Notes: generated from the sequence alone by a model not told the origin. DNA of 64,000 bases from Dehalococcoidia bacterium (GCA_965220625.1 CBDCQN010000003.1:1402764-1466763), one strand, 5' to 3'; numbered from the stretch's first letter, positions 10,001 to 19,095 are shown. Program-made: numbers and translations.

Positions 10001-13000
10001 GGTGCCGTTCTCGTCGTAGTCGTCGATGGTGTTAAGACCGGTAACGACGGGCGGCTCGTCGACGTTGGTGACAGTCACGGTCACGTCTAACATCCCGGCC
10101 ATCGTTCCGAGCGGAGATGCCGTGCCGTCCCCGAGATTTCCATCGTCCGTGGCGACCACCAGAAAGTCGTACACGTTGTCCCCGCCGGAGTCGGTCGGGA
10201 CCTCATGGTCTGGCTCCCCGTCGAAATACAGGTTGCCGGAGGAGTCGATACGGAATTCATCCTTGTCCGTTCCGTCCAGCGACCAGGTGACCGCCCTCTT
10301 CTCGGGGTCAGTGGCGGTGTAGCGGTCGAGCACCCTTGCGGTGGCCGTGTTCTCCTGGAATGAAAGGGTGTCGGCTCCAGAGATGGATGGAGGCTCATTC
10401 AGGTCCTTGACGGTTACGGTGACATCGAAGCGTCCCGTCTTGGCCGGAGTTCCATCGTCGGTGGCGCGCACCTGCACGTTGTAGACGTTGTTGCGGCCCG
10501 AATCTGCGGGCGACTCGAAGTTTGGGGTGTCCTTGAATGTAAGTTCGCCGCCAGTGCTGATGTCGAAATCGCCGCTGTCCGTTTCGGACAGGCTCCAGGT
10601 GAAGGTGGTGGTCGCTCCCTCCGGGTCACTGGCAGCATAGGAAGCAACAGGATGATCGGCATTCTCATCATAGTTGATGGTGGTGTCTCCGGTGATCTCC
10701 GGCGGCTCGTTAACGTCTGTTACGGTCACGGTGACTTCGAGTTCGGCCCTCTCAGTGGGGGTTCCGTCGTCGGTGGCGACGATGGTGATGCTGTGGCTGG
10801 ACTTCGTCTCGTGGTCGGGCTGGCTGGCGAACCGCAGGTTGCCGCTGGTGTCTATGGTGAAATCGCCTCCGTCGGTTCCCTCCACCGACCAGGTGATGGA
10901 ACCCTTCTCCGGGTCGGTGGCTCTGTAGCGATGCAGCACCCTGGTTGTGGCGGTGGCCTCCGGGTAGGACAGCGCGTCATCACCGTCGGTGCGGGTGATG
11001 ACGGGCGGCTCGTTTACGTTGGTGACCAGCACTTTGACCTCGATCTTGTCTTCCAGGCCGTCGGTGGTCCGGTCGCTGACCTCAACATCCATGGTGTATT
11101 CCTGGGTACCGGTCTCGTAGTCGAAGGGGTGGGCGACAGGCGGGTCGGTAGCGGATACCGAGATCTGGCCGTTGCTGTCGATCTCGAAGAGCCCGCTGGG
11201 GTCGTCCAGCGTGTAGGTCAGGATGTCTCCGGTGTCCAGGTCGGTGGCCGTTATCGGGCTGCCGACGGTGGCACCCTGGGCGGCGGTTTCCGGGAGGTCG
11301 CGCGTGGTCTCCAAGCCGTCCTCGAAGTACGGCGCGCGGTTATCGTCGGTTACTGTAACTTTTACGGAGGCCCAGGAAACCTCCTGACCGTCGAAGGTAG
11401 TTCGGTGCCGGATGTGCGCCACGTCGTCGAACGTGTCGTCGTCGGCCACACTTGTCACGGTCACCGTCAGGGGCGTATTCCAGTTCCCGCTCGTGCCCAC
11501 GGTGAATGTGTGATTCGACGGGGCAACGGTTACTGAATCCACATCGCTGCTGAGGATGCGGATTGCCAGGTTTGAGGCGGGTTCAGTTGCGGGAACGATG
11601 GTGTAGGTTGCCGTGCTCCCTTCACTGTCAATGGTAATCTCCTCGACGTCGACGCTGTTCTGCTGGTAGGTCAACGCGGGCAGGCCCGTGTCTTGGATGA
11701 GGGCGCGCACCCGGCCCAGCACGTAGTCCTTTCCGTTTATCCTCGTCTCGTGGGAGACGATCTCGATCTCGATCTCGATTCCGGCATCGGAGTCCGACAC
11801 CGCCGTCAGGGTGACGGTCTGGGCATCGTCCCACTCGTACTTGTCGGAGGCGGATGCCTCATCCGTCTTGGTGAACGTTATCGAACTCGGTGAGACAGTC
11901 AGGGCACCCGTATCCGAGCTGTCCAGGTCGATGGTAACGTCGCCCTCCGGCTCGCTGGCCATCTGTACGGTGTAAGTTGCGGTGTCGCCCTCGTTGAATC
12001 GATTGGCCTCGTCGGCGCCGAAGAGCCCGTCGAAGAAGTGCCCAACGGAAGCGTCGGTGGGAAAGTCGGCCGTGGCGTGGGTGCTGGCCAGCGTCAGCCC
12101 CGGCGCGTCGTCGTCGGTTACCTCTACGGGAATGACCGCTGTCATGTACTCGTTCCCGCCGATGGAGATCAGGTGGCGTATCGTCGTCGCCTCGTGGTCC
12201 GCATCGTCGTCGGAAACTCCGGTCACCGTTATAGTTTCGGAGAAATCTGAATTGGTGAAGGTTGTCTCCGTCGGGGAGACGGTAGCCACGTCCGTATCGT
12301 CGGATGACAGTTTGACCGTCATGTCGGAGGAGGGAGCGGAAGACAAGCCAACCGTGTACGTGGCTGCTGTGGCCGCATCCTCCGTCGCCGCAACCGAATC
12401 AACGGAAATATCCAGCTCGGGCAAATCCACTCGGGCCACGCACGGGGCGAACTCTGAGGTGGACCGCACATCCGTGTCGGTGGATGTGGCGGTTACGTGC
12501 GTGGCCGTGGTTCCGCTGAATTCGCGAAATTGCCCCAGGAGGGTACTGGCGGTGAGTGTTGCCGAGCCCGTGACGTCAAGCGAACCCGAGGTGAAGCCCA
12601 GCCCGGTCTGGCCCTCGCCGCTGGTGGACGAGTCACAGGCGTAGAAATCGATGACGTAAGTGCGGTTCGACGTAACATCCAGGGTGAAACGCACCGAGAC
12701 GTCGTCGCCACGGGTGGCGAAGGTGATGTTGGACGGGTAGTTTTGCAGGTGGTTGGGGCCGCTGTCGCGGTCGCGCTCGTCGTTGGCGGTGACGCCGTCG
12801 TCGCCAAGGTCGATGCCGTGGCCGTCGTTGTCGTGGATGGAGTTCTCCCAGATCGTGTTGCCCAGCGAGTTGTTGCCCGTGATGGTCACGCCGTCGAGGC
12901 TGTTGTGCGCGATGACGTTGCCCTCCACCGTGTTGTCGTCGGGGCCTCCGCTGATGTGTACGCCGGAACCGCCGTTGCCCAGGTCAGCGCCGCTGGCGTT

Positions 13001-15784
13001 GGCGCCGATCCAGTTTTCGGCGATCAGGTTGTCCTGGACGTGCGTGCCGGACAGTCTTACGCCGTGGGAGCCATTGCCGCCGATGACGTTCTTGGCGACC
13101 AGGTTGTTCTTGGGGTCTCCGTCGAAGAAGATGCCGGAGCCGGTGTTGGCCAGGGCGGCCGTCCCGGCGTCGTTGGTGCCTATGCGGTTGTTCTCGATTA
13201 CCGCGTCCTCGGTCACTTTGTTGTCTAGGTGGACGCCGTGGCTGTCGTTGCCGGAGATTACGTTGTCCTGCATCACGACCTGCCGCGTCGAGATGTAGGC
13301 GCCCACCCCGGAATTGCCGACGTCGGCGGTTCCCGCAGCGTTGGCGCCGACCTTGTTGCCGTAGAAATGTAGCCTGCCGCCAATGTTGGTGGCGACGCCG
13401 TGGCCGTCGTTGCCGGATATGACGTTGTCCCGCAGCAGCACATCTTCTGAGCGACTGATGTGCACGCCACTCGAACCGTTGCCCTCGTCGGTTGAGCCGG
13501 CGGCGTCGGTTCCGACCATGTTGCCGACGAGGACATTGTTGCGGCTCGAGCTGATTGCGATGCCGTACCGGCTGAAGCTGTTGACCGCCAGCCCCCGCAC
13601 GTAGTTGCCGTTGCCCTGGAGCATCAGACCGTCCACGCTGCTTCCCGCGTTGGTGCCGTCGATCTCGATGAGCACGGCGCCGGCGCTGGCCCCAGGCTGG
13701 CTGTAGCCGTCGATGAACACCGGCTTGGTGATGGCTGGCAGGGCCGATGCCGGGCTGATGGTCTGCACGCCGCTGCCGGAGATGTCGAACTTGATGGCCG
13801 CGCCGGTCCCCGCGTTGGTCTGCTGGATGGCGGCCCGCAGGGTGCAGTTGGTGGAGCCGTCCACCGTCCCGTCGTCGCAGACGCCGTCGGTGGTGTCGTC
13901 GTCGGCGCCGTCGCCGTTGGAGTTGACCGTGTGGGTGTCCGCGTACGAGGTCAGCGAGTACAACTCCAGCGCATCGTTGGATGAGTCACCGGCCAGGGAC
14001 GTGATGGCGGCCCAGGCGTCGGCGCGGCCATAGCCGAAGGTGTTGTCGTGGCCGGTCTCGCCCAAGTCGATGGCGGTGTCCTTCAGCTTCTGCGTGACGG
14101 CGTCGGCGACCGCCTTTTTGCCCATGGCCGGGTCGGCCTTGCGCTGGGCCTCCATTACCAGCGCGGCGATGCCCGCCACGTGGGGAGCAGCGGCGGAAGT
14201 GCCGAGAAACAAACTGAACGGAGAAACGGGATTCACTATGCCGAATCCCCCTGCGCCGGTGATCATCACGCCGTCGATGCCCATAAGGTCGGGCTTGTTC
14301 CGGGTCTCCCGGTGTGGGAAGTAGATTTCAATAGGACCCCGGTCACTGAAGAACTGCGGCTCGTCGTTGCCGGGGTCGGCGGCATATATGGCGCCGATAG
14401 ACAGCAACCCCGGCACGGCTGGATGTCCGATAATGCCGCCCTCTGTGACTCCGTGCTCCAGGACTTCGCCGTGAGTAACGAACAGCTTCAGTTGCCGCGG
14501 GTTGCCGGAGAATTTCCGAATGTATACGTCCGCTGTCGAGTAATCGAGCGAAGAGGTGTAAATGCTCTCGTAGGGGTTGTCGTCGCCATCCTGCTCCCGG
14601 TCGCTTTTGTCGCACACATCGTTCTGTAGGTTGAACTTGACTGGCTTCAGACCTGGCGGACAGACAAAGAGATCGTAGTCATTACCGGAGGACCCGAACT
14701 GGTCGTTCCACTGGAGATGAAGCTTGAAGCCGAGCGCGACTCTCAGCGCGATGTCCGTCTCGCTGGAATCGTCGAAGTCGTGGTAGTCGTCGCCACCGTC
14801 TATGAACTGCCCCGTGTAGTGACTTACGGCGTTGTTGCCGGCGGCGGAGGTGAACACAACGCCGCCGGTCACGGCGTCCTCCGCCGCCAGCGCAATCAAT
14901 CCGTCCTCGAAATAAGGTTCAGTGTAGTGGCCAATGTCGTCGACGATGATGTCGGCGCCCTCGCCGTCGAAGGCCTCGGTGGCCAGCCAGAGAATGGACT
15001 CCACCATGTCCAGGGAGGTCTCCGGCCCAGAGAAGGCCAGCTGGGCGCTGGGGGCCAGGTCGTGGATGATTTCCAGCAGCGCCGTCCCCTCGTCACCCGA
15101 CCCGCGATTGTCCGGGTCAATCTCGATGCTGTCAGGGAGGTCGTTGCTGCTCTGTGCGGTGCCTCGGGCATCAACGCCGTCGGAGATGGCCCCGACCTTG
15201 ACGCCCCTGCCGCTGAGGCCGCTGAAGGCGCGCACCAGGTCGGCGCGGTGGATGCCGTCGCCCTCGGTGACAATTCGCCCCGCCTTGGTCTGGCCGTAGT
15301 CGGGGGCCGTAATCTCCTCAACCGCATCCAGCGCCGCGATATCGTCGAGGGCCGTGGTGGGCACCCAGGCCTGGACCACGTTAGCATCGGAGTTGGCGAT
15401 CTCGATGTCGGCGCCCAGGTCCCGGAGTTCCTGCAGCGTGTCGTTGTCCGTGTTCTCCAGGTGAATGTACACCTGCACGTTGCCCGAGGAGTCGAACCGT
15501 ACCGGGTCGTCCGTCGCGCCCGATTTTGACGGCGCGGCGGCCGCCGCAAGCGCGTCCTTGGTGGTCAGGCCGCCGGAAAGAGAGCGGGTGAACTCACCGC
15601 TATCCCGCTGCGATGCCCCCTGTGCCGCTGGGGACTCGAGTTGCTCGATGAATTGCTGGAGCAGCGGGCTGACGACTGAGTCCTGCTTGCCCGCGCCGTA
15701 CGGCGGGTCGTCGGCGAACGCCGGCGTGCCGAAAAGCACCAGACAGGCCAAGGCTACCAGGGCCCCGAGTGTTGCAATTCTCAT
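7046..15784 (-). CDS. Giant (~2,912 aa) secreted S8/S53-like protease-adhesin: prodomain, peptidase, CSLREA, beta-helix, 3 Calx-beta-like, ~9 cadherin-like, 2 other Ig-like, FN3, poly-Pro/Gly, BACON-like, C-terminal dockerin/EF-hand-like tag
   Basis: Signal peptide MRIATLGALVALACLVLFGTPAFA (ATG 15784; an alternative ATG is at 15823). Motifs ISDGVD, GDEGTALLEIIHDLAP, SAAGN, GTSAAAPHVAG; CTLRAAI; repeated NVNEPP/DEN...YTATDP; YDADNSLSIDLDEA. Confidence 0.88.
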   Translation of the reverse strand: MRIATLGALVALACLVLFGTPAFADDPPYGAGKQDSVVSPLLQQFIEQLESPAAQGASQRDSGEFTRSLSGGLTTKDALAAAAAPSKSGATDDPVRFDSSGNVQVYIHLENTDNDTLQELRDLGADIEIANSDANVVQAWVPTTALDDIAALDAVEEITAPDYGQTKAGRIVTEGDGIHRADLVRAFSGLSGRGVKVGAISDGVDARGTAQSSNDLPDSIEIDPDNRGSGDEGTALLEIIHDLAPSAQLAFSGPETSLDMVESILWLATEAFDGEGADIIVDDIGHYTEPYFEDGLIALAAEDAVTGGVVFTSAAGNNAVSHYTGQFIDGGDDYHDFDDSSETDIALRVALGFKLHLQWNDQFGSSGNDYDLFVCPPGLKPVKFNLQNDVCDKSDREQDGDDNPYESIYTSSLDYSTADVYIRKFSGNPRQLKLFVTHGEVLEHGVTEGGIIGHPAVPGLLSIGAIYAADPGNDEPQFFSDRGPIEIYFPHRETRNKPDLMGIDGVMITGAGGFGIVNPVSPFSLFLGTSAAAPHVAGIAALVMEAQRKADPAMGKKAVADAVTQKLKDTAIDLGETGHDNTFGYGRADAWAAITSLAGDSSNDALELYSLTSYADTHTVNSNGDGADDDTTDGVCDDGTVDGSTNCTLRAAIQQTNAGTGAAIKFDISGSGVQTISPASALPAITKPVFIDGYSQPGASAGAVLIEIDGTNAGSSVDGLMLQGNGNYVRGLAVNSFSRYGIAISSSRNNVLVGNMVGTDAAGSTDEGNGSSGVHISRSEDVLLRDNVISGNDGHGVATNIGGRLHFYGNKVGANAAGTADVGNSGVGAYISTRQVVMQDNVISGNDSHGVHLDNKVTEDAVIENNRIGTNDAGTAALANTGSGIFFDGDPKNNLVAKNVIGGNGSHGVRLSGTHVQDNLIAENWIGANASGADLGNGGSGVHISGGPDDNTVEGNVIAHNSLDGVTITGNNSLGNTIWENSIHDNDGHGIDLGDDGVTANDERDRDSGPNHLQNYPSNITFATRGDDVSVRFTLDVTSNRTYVIDFYACDSSTSGEGQTGLGFTSGSLDVTGSATLTASTLLGQFREFSGTTATHVTATSTDTDVRSTSEFAPCVARVDLPELDISVDSVAATEDAATAATYTVGLSSAPSSDMTVKLSSDDTDVATVSPTETTFTNSDFSETITVTGVSDDDADHEATTIRHLISIGGNEYMTAVIPVEVTDDDAPGLTLASTHATADFPTDASVGHFFDGLFGADEANRFNEGDTATYTVQMASEPEGDVTIDLDSSDTGALTVSPSSITFTKTDEASASDKYEWDDAQTVTLTAVSDSDAGIEIEIEIVSHETRINGKDYVLGRVRALIQDTGLPALTYQQNSVDVEEITIDSEGSTATYTIVPATEPASNLAIRILSSDVDSVTVAPSNHTFTVGTSGNWNTPLTVTVTSVADDDTFDDVAHIRHRTTFDGQEVSWASVKVTVTDDNRAPYFEDGLETTRDLPETAAQGATVGSPITATDLDTGDILTYTLDDPSGLFEIDSNGQISVSATDPPVAHPFDYETGTQEYTMDVEVSDRTTDGLEDKIEVKVLVTNVNEPPVITRTDGDDALSYPEATATTRVLHRYRATDPEKGSITWSVEGTDGGDFTIDTSGNLRFASQPDHETKSSHSITIVATDDGTPTERAELEVTVTVTDVNEPPEITGDTTINYDENADHPVASYAASDPEGATTTFTWSLSETDSGDFDISTGGELTFKDTPNFESPADSGRNNVYNVQVRATDDGTPAKTGRFDVTVTVKDLNEPPSISGADTLSFQENTATARVLDRYTATDPEKRAVTWSLDGTDKDEFRIDSSGNLYFDGEPDHEVPTDSGGDNVYDFLVVATDDGNLGDGTASPLGTMAGMLDVTVTVTNVDEPPVVTGLNTIDDYDENGTGDVADYAADDPETPGNSNDDQVTWTLAGADRGDFDISNSGVLTFKDAPDYERPADSGRNNVYDITVQTADSNNKQGELHVDVIVQNVDEPPEITGPDPVDDFPENSATNRQVARYAATDPEGATVTLSLTGTDSDDFNLASNGVVTLEESPDYEERSSYSFTVRAKVGTGTTDITNSATRTVTVNIQNLEETGTVTLSTVQPQAETPLTATLEDDDIPTGTTWQWYRASSRGSSGTAITNAVSATYTPLADDVGRFLRVVASYDDGHGDGKSAVAVSSNQVQEVPPQNQPPEFPMGRDYNRTIRENQPAGRSVGLPVRATDPTNDRLTYSIPASDYFEIVDSTGQIRTKAALDHEDQATHTVTVTASDPSNRSDTVPVTITVEDVDETPEISGPNNPEVAENGGTNVATYTATDPDDTGIDWGLTGTDSDAFTLSGGTLTFNAVPDYEEKNSYRVTIEAREQSPGTSVDRLSVTVRVSNVDEPGVVEVPVSEPRVGQRLTATVEDPDGGVGSIEWKWESSSDGGTAWGPIPGATSRSYTPTRDDNGKELRVVAIYRDREGSGKTETYEFSRAVELRPYFPTDTDTRSIRENTAENQNVGSRFTASHPDNVNLTYSLTGGDTTYFTINDTNGQLLTSDTGLDYETQPGPEAEVLITATAPDSQTATITVTVTVTDECRTAGEPPCAPGRPGVTSASDTSLRVTWSTPRTPSGTSITGYDLQFRVSNSSASWIPETVSGTDRSHTVENLTKDTTYEVQVRAMNNVNGQYGEWSPSRTGRPGYVPPPPPPPPLPPPPEEREETTATPPSTGGGGGGGGGGGGGVSPAPVLLPLAGVSPRILRFTAYAGGENPPARPLQLWSPVSRRMNFNVSGSAPWLSVAPVSGFSAGPGNRLSLMVSVDASDLSPGSHRAQVVIAGTGFRNPPQRVYVSVNVAPAAFADSRALEYDADNSLSIDLDEALEAVRDYFTGLISLEDVLKIVRLYFIG

Positions 15785-15902
15785 TTCAGGACTTGAAAAC
15801 GGACTCCGAAAATGCGGGACCATTATTGCAACCGCCAGGGTGCGGTGTGAACCGCATTGAGGCGGAGCAAAGGGTCCATTTGCCTGGAACAGCCAGTGGC
15901 GA

Positions 15903-17495
15903 TCAAGGGTCCAGCACCCGTCCAACGAACAGCACAGTGTCTGTCGCGTGGTGGCGGATGATGAGCAGGAACGGCCTGTCCACCACCACCTCGATGGGAT
16001 CGGGTTCAACGCCAACAGCCCTCGTTACGCCGACAATTACCGCAGTGGCTGCGGCGGCCTCGGTGCCTGCCTCGTCGACGGAGACGAAGGCCTGGTGCAG
16101 CACGTCTGAGATGAGCAGGCAGATGTCGCCCCTGGCCCGGCAGAGTTGCCCGTCCATTCCAGAGAAGTTGGCGGCCTGATCGTCGAAGGCGTCGGGCATT
16201 CCCATGGCCTTCAGCGTATCAGACAGGCTGAAGCCGGATTCCATCTCGAACTTGGGCATGGTCAGGCGGACGAGTTCGGATTCAAGGCTTTCCACAATGT
16301 CCCGAACTGACTGGCCGCTCAGGGAACCCTCGAACTCTTCGAACTTGCCGGATTCCGGCAGTAGGATGGTCATGGCTACATCCCCGCCTTTGTAGGGCAG
16401 TTCAACCGCCTGGAACCCGTCGCCGATGGCATAGCGCAGGTTTTCCTGCTGCCACATCATGGCCACATCACGTTGACTGCCGTCGAGCAGGTGGAAGGGA
16501 CGGTCCTTGGTGACCCTTTCGTCGAAAGCGTGGAGCCATGCGGCGTTGAAATAAATGGCGTTGGCCAGCACCAGCCTGGTGAGGGGCGTGAGCGTTCCCT
16601 GGGGTATCAAGTTCCTGATCCTTTCCTCCGTTTCGTCGGCGACCCAGCCGTTGATGCGGACTCTGGCGTCCTCCGGGTCGCGCCGGAAGTCCGCCGCCCT
16701 TACATCCTCGCCGTAGTTCACAGCCAGGGAGTCCAGGAACTCCGGCAGAAAGCTGTAGTCCCGCTGTCCCCAAAGGGAATTGGCCACGTTCAGACGAAAC
16801 GCATCGTCTCCCCCCTTCGGAAGGGAGGCCAGCAAGAGATCAAGGGCGTTGAAGGCCGGATGCAACCTGTTCTGGGGCAGCTTGAAGCCGAGGGAATCAG
16901 CCATCTGCCGTTCGGTCTCTCCCCTGGCCCCGGCGTACGCCATGGCCATGCCGAGGGAAATGCTGTAAGGCGAAAAGAACAGGTTGCCTTCGGAGCCGGA
17001 AAGTTTCCGGTAGAGTTCCAGGCCAAAGGTGATATTGCCGTCCACCAACGTGTCCAGTTCTTCTGCGGAAGCGTTGAGAGAGGTCACTCGCGGCTTCCGG
17101 GAGCCTACCGTCTCCGCAGGCGGCTGGGTCGGCTTGGCGGAAGTGGCCGAAGCGATTGTGGGCGGCAATCGCGGCGCGAGTGCGGTTGCGGCCGCGCCCT
17201 GTCCCGGGGTGCCCGGGATTACCGTAGGAGTTGGGATGGGGTTACGGTCGGCCCTTTGTTGCCCGTTACCTTCCCTTGGGTTATCGGTCTTGGCCGGCGT
17301 GCTGGTTGCCGGAGAAAGAGGGGTGGCAGGGATGGCGGAAGTCGGCGTCTCCTCTCTTCTTTCGAATGCCGAAACAGGCGTCGATGAGCTGGCCGCAGTA
17401 CCGCCTGGTGATGGCGACGCGGGTTGCGACTCGCACGCGGCGAGTCCGCCCAACAGTAACAGGACCAACGCGCCAGGCAACAGCAATTTGATCAA
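15903..17495 (-). CDS. Lipoprotein serpin (serine protease inhibitor) with Pro/Thr/Ala-rich N-terminal linker
   Basis: FSPYSIS, LVLANAIYFNAAW, LTMPKF, VDEAGTEAAAAT hinge, DRPFLLIIRH, LFVGRV; lipobox LAAC. Start uncertain (TTG 17495 or 17579). Confidence 0.92.
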   Translation of the reverse strand: MIKLLLPGALVLLLLGGLAACESQPASPSPGGTAASSSTPVSAFERREETPTSAIPATPLSPATSTPAKTDNPREGNGQQRADRNPIPTPTVIPGTPGQGAAATALAPRLPPTIASATSAKPTQPPAETVGSRKPRVTSLNASAEELDTLVDGNITFGLELYRKLSGSEGNLFFSPYSISLGMAMAYAGARGETERQMADSLGFKLPQNRLHPAFNALDLLLASLPKGGDDAFRLNVANSLWGQRDYSFLPEFLDSLAVNYGEDVRAADFRRDPEDARVRINGWVADETEERIRNLIPQGTLTPLTRLVLANAIYFNAAWLHAFDERVTKDRPFHLLDGSQRDVAMMWQQENLRYAIGDGFQAVELPYKGGDVAMTILLPESGKFEEFEGSLSGQSVRDIVESLESELVRLTMPKFEMESGFSLSDTLKAMGMPDAFDDQAANFSGMDGQLCRARGDICLLISDVLHQAFVSVDEAGTEAAAATAVIVGVTRAVGVEPDPIEVVVDRPFLLIIRHHATDTVLFVGRVLDP

Positions 17496-17591
17496 CGATA
17501 CAGCCGTTTCGCTCGAGAATTGACAGTCGAACCCGCAACAGGTCCAATAGTCGTCTGAGTCCCTTTGCCTTAAAACCAATTTCGAATCGAA

Positions 17592-17624
17592 TTATAATAG
17601 TTCCTATTTTTTTTGTCCTTGGAA
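17592..17624 (-). promoter_or_regulatory. Possible sigma70-type promoter for the serpin operon
   Basis: Minus strand TTCCAA-N18-TATTAT overlapping TATAAT, in an AT-rich patch upstream of the serpin. Confidence 0.35.
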
Positions 17625-17637
17625 CTCCCGCCCCAAC

Positions 17638-17933
17638 CAGGGCAATCGCATCTTAATTGGCCTCAGCCTTGGCACAGGTCACGATGCCGCCGTGGGGAAC
17701 CACCCAAAGTCCCTTCCCCCCTTGAGGGGGAAGGTTAGGATGGGAGTGCCCAGCATGAACGACGACAAGGAACTTCAAGAACTTCCGGCCTTCGGCCCTT
17801 GGTCAAGCCCACCCATCAAACATTCCCCCATCTCACCCTGCCCCCACCCTAACCCTCCCCCACGGGGGGAGGGGATTTGGTTCCCCCTCCCTCTTCGGGG
17901 AATGCTCTCAAAAATTAAGATGCGATTGCCCTG
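17638..17933. mobile_element. 296-bp MITE-like element with perfect 21-bp terminal inverted repeats
   Basis: CAGGGCAATCGCATCTTAATT (17638-17658) and AATTAAGATGCGATTGCCCTG (17913-17933) enclose two inverted REP-like CCCTTCCCCC...GGGGGAAGGTTAGG hairpin units. No clean TSD. Confidence 0.7.
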
Positions 17934-18133
17934 CCGCCTCAACTCGTTGCCGCCATCTCGTAGATGTCCTGAATCAAGACGCCAAGGTTGTGGACTAGCA
18001 GTTTAGCTGGAACTTCGTTCTCCTGGACACTCGAATCCGACCCCCGGACGGTGCCACCGACTTTTCTGTGATCGCGGGAAACGCTGCTTCCACGTTACCG
18101 GGCTTAACGGCCAGGTGACAACGCGGCTTGCGG

Positions 18134-19095
18134 CTATTCGTACCAGCCTGACGCGAAGATCAACCCGTCATGGCGCACTGCCCAGGTGTGCTTCTGCCGA
18201 TCGTCGCCCGTTTCGGGGTTCACCAGCACGTAGTCGACCCAGCGTCCCGACTCGGTGGCGTCCAGCAAGTCGTCCCCGTAAAAATGTCCTGTGGCGTCAA
18301 CACGAAGGCTCGGGTCCCGGCCTCGAAACATCGGGTTGTGGTGCGCTATGGTATAGCCGTCTTCGTCGACGATGAAGACGTACCACTGGCCGTCAATGCT
18401 CTCCCCGGTGTTGTAGTGGGTGACGGTGGCATCGAGACCCTCTGAGTCGTGTTTACTGATGGCCCCTTTGACGAAGTGTTTGGTGTACTCGGCGGATTCC
18501 CACTTGGGGGGTATGGACACTGATTTGGTGCTGGTGGCGGTCCTCGCCTCTGCGACGGCGTCCATGATGCTGGAAAGCACCACGATGCCTTCCATCAATT
18601 CAACGGTCTGTACCGTTTCCTGGTCGGGAGCGGCGGCGGCTCCAGACTCAAAAACCCTGTGGATCTCGCTGTCCAGGCTGCTCAGATGCTCCTTGAAGGC
18701 CGGGTTCCGGGTGTTTTCGATGATGAGATGGACTAAGAAACTATCTCAAAACTGCCGGCCGGCCCTACCCGTCTTTCCCGCGAAAGCGGGAATCCACGCG
18801 CTAGCCGGAAGATTGGCGGCCTTTCAGCAAATCTGCCGGCTTTTGAGATAGTTTCTAAGTTGTCCAGCCGCTCGGAGTCCTGTCTCCGAGCTGTGGACAA
18901 GTCGGTGTCCGACAGCTCTTGCAACTGCTCAGCGATGGAGGCAATCGTGGCGTCATCCATAGAGGGGGAGTCGCCCGCAGGCCCGGTAGGCCCTCGTTCC
19001 CCCGCAGGCCCCGCAGGCCCGGTAAAAGGGCCTACCGGGCCTGCGGGGCCTGCGGGGGAACACACTATCGCTCCCATTAGGGTGCGCACTGTCAT
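18134..19095 (-). pseudogene. Collagen-like repeat plus Cache-like domain protein, interrupted by a MITE
   Basis: GPAGPAG repeats at the N-terminus; C-terminus WYVFIVD...AHHNP...GRWVDYVLVNPETGDDRQKHTWAVRHDGLIFASGWYE. Excising the MITE restores RLDNLVHLIIEN in frame. Confidence 0.8.
18733..18859. mobile_element. MITE (122-bp net insertion) carrying a TTCCCGCGAAAGCGGGAATCC palindrome
   Basis: TIR (G)AAACTATCTCAAAA / TTTTGAGATAGTTT(C); CTAAG repeated at 18733-18737 and 18855-18859 (TSD is CTAAG or TAA depending on the TIR boundary). Confidence 0.88.

Noticed and set aside
11755-11779. (GAGATC)3 micro-repeat giving IEIEIEI in the giant protein
   Set aside because: An in-frame micro-expansion with no evident consequence.
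15785-16015. N-terminal extension of the 2989-aa ORF
   Set aside because: It overlaps the serpin 3' end and precedes a clear signal peptide; ATG 15784 (or 15823) is the more plausible start.
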